64,000 bases of DNA from Bacteriovoracia bacterium. Its GTDB lineage: Bacteria > Bdellovibrionota > UBA1018 > CAIPTA01. The translations under genes and the position numbers were made by a program. Under the pieces are notes generated by a model that ran no database searches, was not told where the DNA came from, and saw only the letters and a list, made by a program, of their open reading frames with translations. The DNA lies in NCBI GenBank assembly GCA_050246755.1, contig JBFWVL010000001.1:1312001-1376000 (forward strand), given 5' to 3'. Positions 50,326-61,268 of the stretch are shown in pieces (position 1 is the first letter of the stretch; each line of letters begins with the position of its first letter).

Positions 50326-52254
50326 ATGTCGCAAAAAGTGGATGTGATTGTAATCGGAGCGGGGCACGCCGGCTGTGAAGCAGCTTTGGCCGCTGCTCGC
50401 ATGGGTTGCAAAACTCTGCTCATTACGATGAACAATGATCGTATCGCTTATATGAGCTGTAATCCTGCAATCGGCGGGCAGGCTAAAGGACAATTGGCCC
50501 GCGAAGTGGATGCCCTCGGCGGAGAGATGGGGATCAATACCGATAAGAGCGCTCTCCAGTATAAGCGTCTCAATTCTTCGAAAGGCCCGGCCGTACGATC
50601 CTCCCGTGCTCAGTGCGATAAGGTAATTTACAGCCTGCGCATGAAGGAAACGGTCGAGACCCAAGAGAATCTTTCCGTGCTTCAGCGTGAGGTGAGCGAA
50701 TTCAAAACCGTGAATGGTCGCATCACGGGCGTGACCACCAATTTCGGTGAATTTCTCGAAGCAAAAACCGTAGTTCTCACGGCTGGCACCTTCATGCGTT
50801 CGATCATGCATTGCGGAGAGAATCAGGCAGAGGGCGGTCGCTCGGGAGATTCCAGCGCCAATAAGATTTCCACGTCACTTTCGAATCTGGGATTTAATTT
50901 AATTCGCCTAAAAACCGGAACCCCAGCCCGCTTGAAACAGAATTCTATCAATTTTTCCCTCACCCAGCGGGAAGACGGCGATAAAGATCCTGTTCCTTTT
51001 TCTTTTTATACAATTCCTAAACCTTTCCCGGCGCTTACGCAGATGCCCTGCTTCCTTACTTACACGAATCAGCGCACGCACGATGTGATCGCGGCGGCGA
51101 AAGACCGTTCGCCTATGTTCAGCGGCGCCATCACCGGAAAGGGTCCCCGGTATTGCCCTTCGATTGAAGATAAGGTGTTTCGTTTTGCAGATAAGGATCG
51201 GCATCAAATCTTCCTTGAGCCCGAGAGCCAGTTTTCCCATGAAATATACGCGAACGGCCTTTCCACGAGCCTACCCCTCGACGTGCAGCTAGCTTTTTTG
51301 CGGACGATCGTAGGACTAGAGAACGTGGAGATCGCTAGGCCGGGCTACGCGGTAGAATATGATGCGGTGAACCCCGTGACCCTTAGGCACACGTTGGCGT
51401 GTAAAGACGTGCAAGGCCTTTATTTTGCTGGGCAAGTGAACGGTACCTCTGGATATGAAGAGGCGGCCGCCCAGGGACTAATGGCTGGCATTAACGCTGC
51501 TTGCGAAGCTCTAGGGAAAGACCCGTTTGTCATTGGGCGCTCTGAGGGCTATATAGGCGTTTTAATTGATGATTTAGTTACAAAGGGTGTGGATGAGCCC
51601 TATCGAATGTTCACTTCTCGCTGTGAATACCGCCTGCTTTTACGAGAAGATAACGCCGATTTAAGGCTCGCAAAGCGAGGCTTAAACCTCGGTTTATTGG
51701 GTGATAAAAAGTGGAAGGTATTCGAGGAGAAGCAGAGATCCATTGCGCAGCTTTCGGAACAAATTTCTAGCACCTACCTTTACCCCAAACCGTTTGAAGA
51801 GAATCCCTCCTACTATGAAGAGCGAGGGATTACCTCAATGAGGGATCGCCTTTCGATGCGGGAGCTGCTGAAGCGGCCCGAATGGAATATTCCACGAATG
51901 CTCGAAGCTGGTTTTCTGGAAAAGGGCGCCTATGAAAGTGAGCCTTGGTTGGAACGGTTTATTCAAGAGGCCGTAGAGATCGATGTTAAGTACGAAGGCT
52001 ATGTGAAGCGCGAGCTTGAGCTTATGGATCGTATGAATTCTCAGGATGGCAAGCGGATCCCGGCCGATTTCACCTACTCTGAGGTGGGAGGTCTTTCTCA
52101 CGAAGTTATCGAGCGATTGCAGCGCGTTCGTCCTACTACCCTTGGTCAGGCTCTTCGGATTCCCGGTGTTACACCCTCCGCGGGAGCCTTACTCTACGTG
52201 CACCTTGAGCGCGGCCACGGCAGAGCCACCTTCCCTTCGTCGAGCCACGTATGA
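50326..52254 (+). CDS. mnmG: tRNA uridine modification enzyme MnmG (GidA)
   Basis: GAGHAGCEAA, MSCNPAIGG, KTGTPAR, GPRYCPSIEDK, AGQVNGTSGYEEAAAQG. Confidence 0.98.
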   Translation: MSQKVDVIVIGAGHAGCEAALAAARMGCKTLLITMNNDRIAYMSCNPAIGGQAKGQLAREVDALGGEMGINTDKSALQYKRLNSSKGPAVRSSRAQCDKVIYSLRMKETVETQENLSVLQREVSEFKTVNGRITGVTTNFGEFLEAKTVVLTAGTFMRSIMHCGENQAEGGRSGDSSANKISTSLSNLGFNLIRLKTGTPARLKQNSINFSLTQREDGDKDPVPFSFYTIPKPFPALTQMPCFLTYTNQRTHDVIAAAKDRSPMFSGAITGKGPRYCPSIEDKVFRFADKDRHQIFLEPESQFSHEIYANGLSTSLPLDVQLAFLRTIVGLENVEIARPGYAVEYDAVNPVTLRHTLACKDVQGLYFAGQVNGTSGYEEAAAQGLMAGINAACEALGKDPFVIGRSEGYIGVLIDDLVTKGVDEPYRMFTSRCEYRLLLREDNADLRLAKRGLNLGLLGDKKWKVFEEKQRSIAQLSEQISSTYLYPKPFEENPSYYEERGITSMRDRLSMRELLKRPEWNIPRMLEAGFLEKGAYESEPWLERFIQEAVEIDVKYEGYVKRELELMDRMNSQDGKRIPADFTYSEVGGLSHEVIERLQRVRPTTLGQALRIPGVTPSAGALLYVHLERGHGRATFPSSSHV

Positions 52255-52919
52255 TCACCAAAAAAGATTGGGATGAGCTTTCCTCTTTTTTAAAGGAGCG
52301 AGGGGATAAATCAGGAGTCTGCGAAGATGCTTCCTTTCGTGCTGCCTGTGAACACTATCTAAAGATTCTTCTGCAAAAGAACGAGGTATTGAATCTCACC
52401 GCCGTTAGGGATCTTGAGGTGGCTTTTTGGAAGCATTTGGCTGATTCGCTAGTTCTTTTGGGTTGGGAGCCTTTGGGTAAAGTGGTGGATTGGGGAAGCG
52501 GAGGTGGGCTTCCAGGTGTGCCCTTGGCTCTTTCGCGTGTTTCCCGGGGCCAGGAAGGCCAGGTTCTTTTCCTTGATAGCGTAGGAAAGAAGCTGAGAGC
52601 GATTGAAGAGTTTGTGGCCGAGCTGAAGATTCCTGGCTGTGGTTTTTCCACTTCACGCGGGGAAGTTGCCATTAAGTCGGGCGAGTTCCATGGTGTTAAC
52701 ACGGTAGTGATGCGGGCTGTGGCTCCGGCGGAGCGTGCCGCTGCCTGGATGGACTCCTCTATTGGTCGCTGGGTGTTTCTACTAACCCCTGCGCAAATTG
52801 CCGACTGGGAAAAGGAAGCGCCGCGGCTCAAGCGTAAGGGATTACATCTCGCCCGAAGCGTCGTCTACGACCTTCCTCGGGGGCATGGCTCACGTGCCCT
52901 TCTTGAATACTCAAAATAA
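52251..52919 (+). CDS. rsmG: 16S rRNA m7G527 methyltransferase RsmG (GidB)
   Basis: NLTA, HLADSL, DWGSGGGLPG, MRAV. Confidence 0.9.
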   Translation: MITKKDWDELSSFLKERGDKSGVCEDASFRAACEHYLKILLQKNEVLNLTAVRDLEVAFWKHLADSLVLLGWEPLGKVVDWGSGGGLPGVPLALSRVSRGQEGQVLFLDSVGKKLRAIEEFVAELKIPGCGFSTSRGEVAIKSGEFHGVNTVVMRAVAPAERAAAWMDSSIGRWVFLLTPAQIADWEKEAPRLKRKGLHLARSVVYDLPRGHGSRALLEYSK

Positions 52920-52920
52920 T

Positions 52921-52936
52921 TGTTCCACGTGGAACG
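52921..52936. other. parS: parS centromere site
   Basis: TGTTCCACGTGGAACG, near-consensus palindrome upstream of parA. Confidence 0.9.
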
Positions 52937-52956
52937 ATAAATATGACGCAAACTTT

Positions 52957-52972
52957 TGTGCCACGTGGAACA
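52957..52972. other. parS: parS centromere site (second copy)
   Basis: TGTGCCACGTGGAACA. Confidence 0.85.
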
Positions 52973-53034
52973 TTTTTCTCTTTCCCTTCTCCAAAAACAG
53001 GCTAAATTTATAGAAATCGCAGTTTTGGGGGCAT

Positions 53035-53859
53035 ATGGGTAAAATAATTTCAGTTATAAACCAAAAAGGTGGAGTGGGAAAAACCACTTCTGCTATTAAT
53101 TTGGCTGCCTCGATGGCTGTTGCAGAGCGTCAAGCGCTATTAATTGACTTTGATCCTCAGGGAAATGCCAGTAGCGGCCTAGGCATTCATTCTTTCGGCG
53201 ATAAATCGATCTACCAAGCCTTGGTGGGCGAATGCTCTATCGAGGACGTAATTCGCGAGACGGAGCTGCCTGGTTTATTCGTGGCCCCCGCTGACCAGAA
53301 CCTCAGTGGAGCAGAGGTAGAGTTGGTGGGCGCGATCGCCCGTGAGCAGAAGCTTAAAAAAATCCTCGAAAGCGTGAAGGATCGTTTTCACTATATAATG
53401 ATAGATTGCCCGCCGAGCTTGGGTCTTCTCACCATTAATGCCCTTACTGCCTCTGATAGCTATTTAGTTCCCATGCAGTGCGAGTACTTTTCGCTAGAAG
53501 GCTTATCGCAACTAGTTTCCACGGCCGGCCTCATTCAGGGCGCGCTTAATCCCAAGCTGGAGCTAGAGGGAATTCTTCTAACAATGTTCGACGCTCGCAA
53601 TAATCTTGCTCATCAGGTGGCCGACGAGGTTCGTAATCATTTCGGCGAAAAGCTTTTCAAAACGGTAATCCCTCGCAACGTAAAGCTGAGTGAGGCGCCA
53701 AGCCATGGCAAGCCCGTTCTTCTTTACGATATCGAATCCAAGGGCGCCCGATCCTATTTAGAGGCCACGAAGGAAATTATCGAACGCAATATGGCCAGGG
53801 CCAAGCCTTCCGCGGTATCCGCCCAGCTGAATGCGGGCGAGGCCACAACTTCTTTATAA
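53035..53859 (+). CDS. parA: Chromosome partitioning ATPase ParA/Soj
   Basis: NQKGGVGKTT, DFDPQGNA, DCPPSLG, IPRNVKLSEAPSHG. Confidence 0.97.
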   Translation: MGKIISVINQKGGVGKTTSAINLAASMAVAERQALLIDFDPQGNASSGLGIHSFGDKSIYQALVGECSIEDVIRETELPGLFVAPADQNLSGAEVELVGAIAREQKLKKILESVKDRFHYIMIDCPPSLGLLTINALTASDSYLVPMQCEYFSLEGLSQLVSTAGLIQGALNPKLELEGILLTMFDARNNLAHQVADEVRNHFGEKLFKTVIPRNVKLSEAPSHGKPVLLYDIESKGARSYLEATKEIIERNMARAKPSAVSAQLNAGEATTSL

Positions 53860-53886
53860 AACATTTTTTAGTTATACGGAGACTTT

Positions 53887-54891
53887 ATGAATACCACGCC
53901 GAATCCGCAAAAAAATCCTCAACGTCCCGCCCTCGGTAAAGGCCTCGCGAGCCTTCTTCCTGGCGCCGGCACTCCTGCCGGAATGGCCCGTCAATTGATG
54001 GGTGATCTTCCTCCCGCCGCGGCCACCGCCCCCTCCACAAATGCGTCGGTGGCCGCAGCGCAGGTTCCTGCTCCTCCGGAGGCGGCGAACAAAGACAGAA
54101 TTCCCGGAATAACGATGGCGGACGTCGATCAGATCGTCGCCAACCAATACCAGCCCCGTCGGGATTTCGACGACGGCGCGCTCGGCGAATTGGCGGAATC
54201 CATTCGAGCCAATGGCATTATCCAGCCGCTACTCGTGCGGCGTGGAGACGACGGAAAGCTGAATTTGATCGCGGGTGAGCGCCGGCTCCGAGCCGCGAAG
54301 CTGGCCGGTCTTAAGCAGGTGCCGATCGTGCTCAGAAAAACCTCCGACAAAGAGGCGCTCGAGCTGGCCCTAATTGAAAACATTCAGCGCGAAGACCTCA
54401 ACTGCGTGGACGTTGCGCTTTCCTATTTTCAGCTTTCGGAAGATTTCCAGCTTACGCAGGAGGAGATCGCGAAGCGCGTGGGTAAAGATCGTGTGTCGGT
54501 GGCCAATCATCTTCGGCTTCTCAAATTACCTGAATCCATTATCGAAGACCTACGCTCAGGAAAGCTTTCTTTCGGTCATGGCCGAGCGATTCTTTCGGTA
54601 ACGGATCCAGTGAAGCGCATGAGCATTCGTAACGATATTATAGAGAAACACCTTTCTGTGCGGGAAACCGAAAGGCTGGTGGCGGCCGCGCTGATGGAAA
54701 ATAAACCAGGAGCGGAAGGTAAAAAGGAGAAGGCCGAGGTGCCCGCCGAGTTGAGGAGTTTTTCGGAACGCCTGGGTCGCGCCCTGGGCACCCGCGTTAA
54801 GGCTAAAGGCGATCAATATAGAGGATCGATTGTGATAGATTATTTTTCTAAGGAAGATTTGGAGCGAATCAGCGAACAATTGATGCGCTGA
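53887..54891 (+). CDS. parB: Chromosome partitioning protein ParB
   Basis: ALGKGLASLL, QPRRDF, GIIQP, AGERRLRAA, ENIQREDL. Confidence 0.97.
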   Translation: MNTTPNPQKNPQRPALGKGLASLLPGAGTPAGMARQLMGDLPPAAATAPSTNASVAAAQVPAPPEAANKDRIPGITMADVDQIVANQYQPRRDFDDGALGELAESIRANGIIQPLLVRRGDDGKLNLIAGERRLRAAKLAGLKQVPIVLRKTSDKEALELALIENIQREDLNCVDVALSYFQLSEDFQLTQEEIAKRVGKDRVSVANHLRLLKLPESIIEDLRSGKLSFGHGRAILSVTDPVKRMSIRNDIIEKHLSVRETERLVAAALMENKPGAEGKKEKAEVPAELRSFSERLGRALGTRVKAKGDQYRGSIVIDYFSKEDLERISEQLMR

Positions 54892-54910
54892 ATTAAATTT
54901 AGGCGGAACA

Positions 54911-55300
54911 ATGGCGAATAAAACTCAGCTTGCGATACCCACCGGGGCTCACGAGGTAACAGGCGTCTTAGACCGGGGATCCGAATTCGATGGCACTCTT
55001 TCTTTCGAGGGAGCCTTTCGCATTGGGGGGGTATTTCGCGGAAAAATTTTCACCGATGATGTGCTCATCATTGGGGAGGGCGCTCAAGTAGACGCTGAGA
55101 TCGAAGTGGGTACCTTGATTCTTTCCGGAGAACTAAAGGGGAGCGTCAAAGCCAAGGACCGCGTCGAGATTCATTATCCGGCTGTTTTCCGCGGAAATAT
55201 CCAGACCCCTTCTCTGATGGTTGCCGACGGAGTTGTTTTCGAGGGTGTGTCACAAATGGGACGCGGCGAGCCGGCACTCGAAAAATCTCTAAAAATCTAA
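54911..55300 (+). CDS. Bactofilin (polymer-forming cytoskeletal protein)
   Basis: Beta-helix repeats GSEFDGTLSFEG…IGEGAQVDAEI…GVVFEG. Confidence 0.88.
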   Translation: MANKTQLAIPTGAHEVTGVLDRGSEFDGTLSFEGAFRIGGVFRGKIFTDDVLIIGEGAQVDAEIEVGTLILSGELKGSVKAKDRVEIHYPAVFRGNIQTPSLMVADGVVFEGVSQMGRGEPALEKSLKI

Positions 55301-55376
55301 AATAGTCCTTAAATGTTGACTCCCTTTCAGGCGTTGGGTACATCACCTTATACCTAATTTCTGCCAGTGAGAGAGC

Positions 55377-55829
55377 ATGATTTCTGACCTACAGCGCCAG
55401 CTCGGAATTGACGCAAGTTTCTTCACCCAATTCGTCTTATTCCTCGTCGTTTTTCTTTGGCTTCGCTTTGTCTATTTTTCTCCGTTCCTGCGCCTGATTC
55501 AAAAGCGCGAAGGACAATCAGACGGACTTGCCGAAGGCGCGACGAAATTGGAAGAAGAGTCGATTCGTTTAGAAAATGATTATCGTGATCGCATTGTTGC
55601 GGCTCGCAGGCGCGTGGCGGCGGAGCGCGAGAAGATTTTGGCCGAGGCCCGCAAAGAGGGCAATGAATTAATCGCGAAGGCGCGTGAGCAGGGCAAGGTA
55701 AAATTGGACCAATCGCGTGAGGCTTCCGCGAAAGATTCCGTGGCCGAATTGGCTAGCCTGCAGGCGCAGGTGGGCTCGGTTACTGGCATGTTGGTCGAAA
55801 AGCTAACGCATTCTAAGGTGGGGTTGTAA
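55377..55829 (+). CDS. ATP synthase Fo subunit b'
   Basis: N-terminal TM with P-F-x-x-L-I-x-x-RE, coiled coil; first of two b genes. Confidence 0.85.
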   Translation: MISDLQRQLGIDASFFTQFVLFLVVFLWLRFVYFSPFLRLIQKREGQSDGLAEGATKLEEESIRLENDYRDRIVAARRRVAAEREKILAEARKEGNELIAKAREQGKVKLDQSREASAKDSVAELASLQAQVGSVTGMLVEKLTHSKVGL

Positions 55830-56315
55830 GTGGACCACATTTTTCGCGAAGTGTTTCCTTATTTGGTAAATTTCACGATCACTATTATTTTGCTGGTATT
55901 CATGACCCGCAAGTCGCTCCGCCGCTATGTTTACCAGCGCCATGAACGCATGAAGGATGCCGTGGAGAGTGCGGCGATTGCTCACCAAAAGGCGCTCGCC
56001 CGTATTGAGGCGGCGAAAAAGTCTGTGGCCGCCGCAGATTCTGAAGAACAAAAAATGTCTTCCTCTGAGCGTGGTCAGGCCGAGCAAGAAAAAGCTGAAA
56101 TTTTGCTGAAGTCGAAAGCCGAGGCCGCCCGCTTACTGAGTGACGCGGATCGTTTGGCTGCCTCTGAGCGCGAAGATGCCTTTGAAAAAGTGAAAGAGCA
56201 GTTTTTGGATGCCGTGGTCCAGGGCGCCGAGCAAAAGCTCAAGCAGAATCTGAAGAAAGATGATCATAGCGCCATCATTAAGCGCGCACAAAACAGCATC
56301 GAGGTAGGCGCCTAA
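55830..56315 (+). CDS. atpF: ATP synthase Fo subunit b
   Basis: VNF TM anchor plus coiled coil, upstream of delta subunit. Confidence 0.85.
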   Translation: MDHIFREVFPYLVNFTITIILLVFMTRKSLRRYVYQRHERMKDAVESAAIAHQKALARIEAAKKSVAAADSEEQKMSSSERGQAEQEKAEILLKSKAEAARLLSDADRLAASEREDAFEKVKEQFLDAVVQGAEQKLKQNLKKDDHSAIIKRAQNSIEVGA

Positions 56316-56845
56316 TGGCAACCGTGGCTTCTGTTTACGCTAGAGCGGTTTTTGAGCTTGCTAAAGAAAAGGGCCAGCTAGATTCCGTGTTTAAGGAATT
56401 GAAATCTTTTTGGGACGTTTGCCATGCAAGCCAGCCCTTGAAGGCCGTTGTTGCCGGAGCGGGCATCAACCCCAACGACCGCAAGGCAATTTTAAAAGAC
56501 GTATGCAAGGCGCTGGAGTTGAGCCCGATTCCCACCCGCCTTCTCGAGATGCTCGCCGCGCGCGGCCGCGTTTCGGTGGTGCCGGAGTTATTGAAAGACC
56601 TCGAGAAAATGATTGAGGCGGGCGAAGGAATTCAGTCGGGCGAGGTTCGGTCGGCTGTGGCGCTTTCTCCCGAAGAAGTGGAGTTTCTTGGCGCGGCTAT
56701 CGCGAAAAGAGTGGGCGGAAAGGTTCGCCTCAACCAAGTGGTTGACCCTTCTCTTCTCGGTGGCGTAGTGGCCACCGTGGCCGGAAAAACTTTCGACGCC
56801 AGCTTACGCACCCAGATTGAACGCTTTAAGAACGAATTAGTTTAA
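56315..56845 (+). CDS. atpH: ATP synthase F1 delta subunit
   Basis: VASVYARAVFELA, VDPSLLGG…FDASL. Confidence 0.93.
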   Translation: MATVASVYARAVFELAKEKGQLDSVFKELKSFWDVCHASQPLKAVVAGAGINPNDRKAILKDVCKALELSPIPTRLLEMLAARGRVSVVPELLKDLEKMIEAGEGIQSGEVRSAVALSPEEVEFLGAAIAKRVGGKVRLNQVVDPSLLGGVVATVAGKTFDASLRTQIERFKNELV

Positions 56846-56860
56846 GTTTAGGAGACACGA

Positions 56861-58372
56861 ATGTTGAAACTTCGCGCAGAAGAAATTACCTCGATCATCA
56901 AGAAGCAATTGGCTGATTTTGAATCCAAGCTCGACGTGGCTGAAACCGGAACCGTGCTCACCATCGGTGACGGTATCGCTAAACTTCACGGTCTCGACAA
57001 TGCCCAGGCAGGAGAGCTCGTAGATTTCGGCGAAGGCGTGATGGGCCTCGTAATGAACCTCGAAGAGGGTTCTGTTGGTTGCGCCATTCTCGGCGACGAT
57101 ACGATTATTAAGGAAGGCCGTACCGTAAAGCGCACCGGAAAAATCTTCGAAGTTCCCGTGGGCGAGGCTCTCCTCGGCCGTGTGGTAAACGCGCTCGGTA
57201 TCCCGGTAGATGGTGCGGGGCCGATTAAATCGCAGCACTCTCGCCGCGTGGAAATTAAAGCGCCGGGTATCGTGGGCCGTAAATCGGTACACGAGCCCCT
57301 GGCCACTGGAATTAAAGCAATCGACGCGATGATCCCAATCGGCCGGGGCCAGCGCGAATTGATCATCGGGGATCGTCAGACCGGTAAGACCGCCATCGCG
57401 ATCGACACCATCATCAATCAAAAGGGCAAGAATGTGCAGTGCTTCTACGTGGCCATCGGCCAGAAGCAATCCACGATCGCGCAAGTGGTAGAAAAGTTGA
57501 AAAAGGCCGGCGCGATGGAGTTCACCACCGTAATCGCTGCTACTGCCGCCGACCAGGCGCCGATTCAGTTCATTGCGCCGTATGCCGGCGTAACGATGGC
57601 GGAATATTTCCGCGACAGCGGCCGCCATGCCCTCATCGTGTACGACGATTTGACCAAGCAAGCGCAGGCTTACCGCCAGCTTTCTTTGCTCCTTCGTCGA
57701 CCCCCGGGCCGCGAAGCTTACCCTGGTGACGTATTCTACCTCCACAGCCGCTTGCTTGAGCGTGCAGCAAAGCTTTCCGATAAGCTTGGCGGCGGTTCTT
57801 TGACTGCGTTGCCCATCATCGAAACTCAGGCTGGCGACGTATCTGCGTATATTCCGACCAACGTAATTTCCATTACCGACGGACAGATCTTCCTTGAGAG
57901 TGACTTGTTCTACTCGGGACAGCGTCCGGCTGTGAACGTAGGTATCTCGGTGTCCCGCGTGGGCGGTTCTGCCCAAACGAAAGCGATGAAGAGCGTGGCC
58001 GGTACGCTCCGTCTCGACCTTGCGCAATACCGCGAGAAGGCGGCGTTTGCGCAGTTTGGATCCGATCTCGATCCGGCCACCCAGAAGCAGTTGGCTCGTG
58101 GGTCCCGTCTAATGGAGCTCTTGAAGCAGGGCCAGTACTCTCCCATGAACATGGAAGACCAAGTATTCGGTATTTATGCAGCCAACCAGGGTTATCTCGA
58201 TAAAATTCCCCTGAATAAAATTCGTGAATGGGAAACCAGTTTCCACCGCTACCTCCAGCAGAACCATAAAGATGTGGTTTCGGAAGTAAGCAGCAGCGGA
58301 AAGCTTGAGGGCGCCGCTAAAACGAAGCTCGACCAAGCGATCCAAGATCATATTAAAACCTTTACCATTTAA
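56861..58372 (+). CDS. atpA: ATP synthase F1 alpha subunit
   Basis: [38 protein letters not shown]. Confidence 0.98.
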   Translation: MLKLRAEEITSIIKKQLADFESKLDVAETGTVLTIGDGIAKLHGLDNAQAGELVDFGEGVMGLVMNLEEGSVGCAILGDDTIIKEGRTVKRTGKIFEVPVGEALLGRVVNALGIPVDGAGPIKSQHSRRVEIKAPGIVGRKSVHEPLATGIKAIDAMIPIGRGQRELIIGDRQTGKTAIAIDTIINQKGKNVQCFYVAIGQKQSTIAQVVEKLKKAGAMEFTTVIAATAADQAPIQFIAPYAGVTMAEYFRDSGRHALIVYDDLTKQAQAYRQLSLLLRRPPGREAYPGDVFYLHSRLLERAAKLSDKLGGGSLTALPIIETQAGDVSAYIPTNVISITDGQIFLESDLFYSGQRPAVNVGISVSRVGGSAQTKAMKSVAGTLRLDLAQYREKAAFAQFGSDLDPATQKQLARGSRLMELLKQGQYSPMNMEDQVFGIYAANQGYLDKIPLNKIREWETSFHRYLQQNHKDVVSEVSSSGKLEGAAKTKLDQAIQDHIKTFTI

Positions 58373-58382
58373 GGAATAACGG

Positions 58383-59261
58383 ATGGCATCCGGCAAAGAC
58401 CTAAAGCGTCGCATTGTTAGCACGAAAAGCACGCAGCAGATTACGAAGGCCATGAAAATGGTGGCCGCTGCTCGCCTGCGTCGCGCGCAGGAAGCGATTG
58501 TGCGGGCTCGCCCCTTCGCGGGCGCGATCTTGCAAACGGTGCAGAATCTCGTGCGGATCGAAGAGATCCGCGACCACCATCCTTTGCTCGCTAAGCGCGA
58601 GATCAAGAAGGTAAACGTGATTTTGATCACGGGCGATCGGGGTCTTTCGGGTGGGTATAACTCCAATCTGAACAAAAAAGCGGAGGCCATGTACCGCGCA
58701 GAAGCGGGAAAATACGAAAAGTTCGTATTCACCTGCATCGGAAAAAAAGGTTACGAGTATCTTCGGTTGAGAAAAATTCCAGTGGCTCACCACTACGCGG
58801 ATTTCCTCAAGGGCACGAATTACGCAAAATCTCAGATCGTGGCGGAAGAGCTTCTGAATCAGTATCTTTCCGGCGAATTTGACGAGATTCGCATTATCTT
58901 TTCAGAATTTCGCTCCGCTCTTTCCCAGATTCCGCAAGCCGTTACGGTATTGCCAATCCAGGTTAGCGAAGAGGTTCCCACCGAAAAAGGCCCCACCGCC
59001 GATGTGGATTTCATCTACGAGCCGAACCGCGAAGATATTCTCAATGCCCTTTTGCCTCGTTATTTCAAGGCGAAGCTTTTTAATGCTGTTCTCGAAGCCA
59101 TCGCCAGCCAGTATGGCGCGCAAATGAGCGCCATGGAATCCGCCACAAAGAACGCGGGCGAAATGATTCGCAAATTGAATTTGGAATACAACAAGGTTCG
59201 TCAGGCCGGGATCACGAAGGAGCTTCTCGAGATCGTATCCGGAGCCGAGTCACTTAAATAA
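58383..59261 (+). CDS. atpG: ATP synthase F1 gamma subunit
   Basis: ITKAMKMVAAA, DRGL, RQAGITKELLEIVSGA. Confidence 0.97.
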   Translation: MASGKDLKRRIVSTKSTQQITKAMKMVAAARLRRAQEAIVRARPFAGAILQTVQNLVRIEEIRDHHPLLAKREIKKVNVILITGDRGLSGGYNSNLNKKAEAMYRAEAGKYEKFVFTCIGKKGYEYLRLRKIPVAHHYADFLKGTNYAKSQIVAEELLNQYLSGEFDEIRIIFSEFRSALSQIPQAVTVLPIQVSEEVPTEKGPTADVDFIYEPNREDILNALLPRYFKAKLFNAVLEAIASQYGAQMSAMESATKNAGEMIRKLNLEYNKVRQAGITKELLEIVSGAESLK

Positions 59262-59279
59262 TTTTTTAGACTTAATTAG

Positions 59280-60716
<1,437 letters not shown>

Positions 60717-60719
60717 CCT

Positions 60720-61136
60720 ATGACCAGCGAGCTAATCCTCAGCGTTGTTACTCCGGAACGATCAATCGTAAAAGATTTGGCCGTTACGAGCGTTATTCTG
60801 CCGGGTGAGCTCGGGCAGATGAACGTTCTTCCTGGACATACCAACCTGGTTACCACCTTGAAGCATGGAACCTTCGGTTACCGTGTGGGAAATGAATGGC
60901 AAGTTGCTTTTTTGAGCGCCGGTTTTGCCCAAGTTTACGGTGGAAAGATTACTGTTTTGGCGGAAACCGTAGAAATGGCGCAAGAGCTAGACGTAGCTCG
61001 TGCAGAATCCGAGCTCGGACAAGCCAACTCTCAGCTAAAAATCCAAAAGGTGGGTAGCCCTGAGTACGCTGCCGCTACGGAACAAAAGGCAATGGCCGAA
61101 GCGAAGCTGCGGGCTGCGCAAAATAAAATTCATTAG
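60720..61136 (+). CDS. atpC: ATP synthase F1 epsilon subunit
   Basis: VVTPER, GQMNVLPGH, C-terminal helical hairpin. Confidence 0.93.
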   Translation: MTSELILSVVTPERSIVKDLAVTSVILPGELGQMNVLPGHTNLVTTLKHGTFGYRVGNEWQVAFLSAGFAQVYGGKITVLAETVEMAQELDVARAESELGQANSQLKIQKVGSPEYAAATEQKAMAEAKLRAAQNKIH

Positions 61137-61186
61137 TTGTTTCAATGAAATTCCGCGATTTAGCGGTTTTCGTGTGAGTTTCGACA

Positions 61187-61218
61187 AAATGGCAAAGACT
61201 AATCAGTCTTTGCCATTT
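61187..61218 (+). terminator. Terminator-like hairpin after the atp operon
   Basis: AAATGGCAAAGACT-AATC-AGTCTTTGCCATTT perfect 14-bp stem. Confidence 0.7.
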
Positions 61219-61268
61219 CTATTTCTATAGATAAGATTAATGCCTAGGGATTAACGCCGTTTCATTCC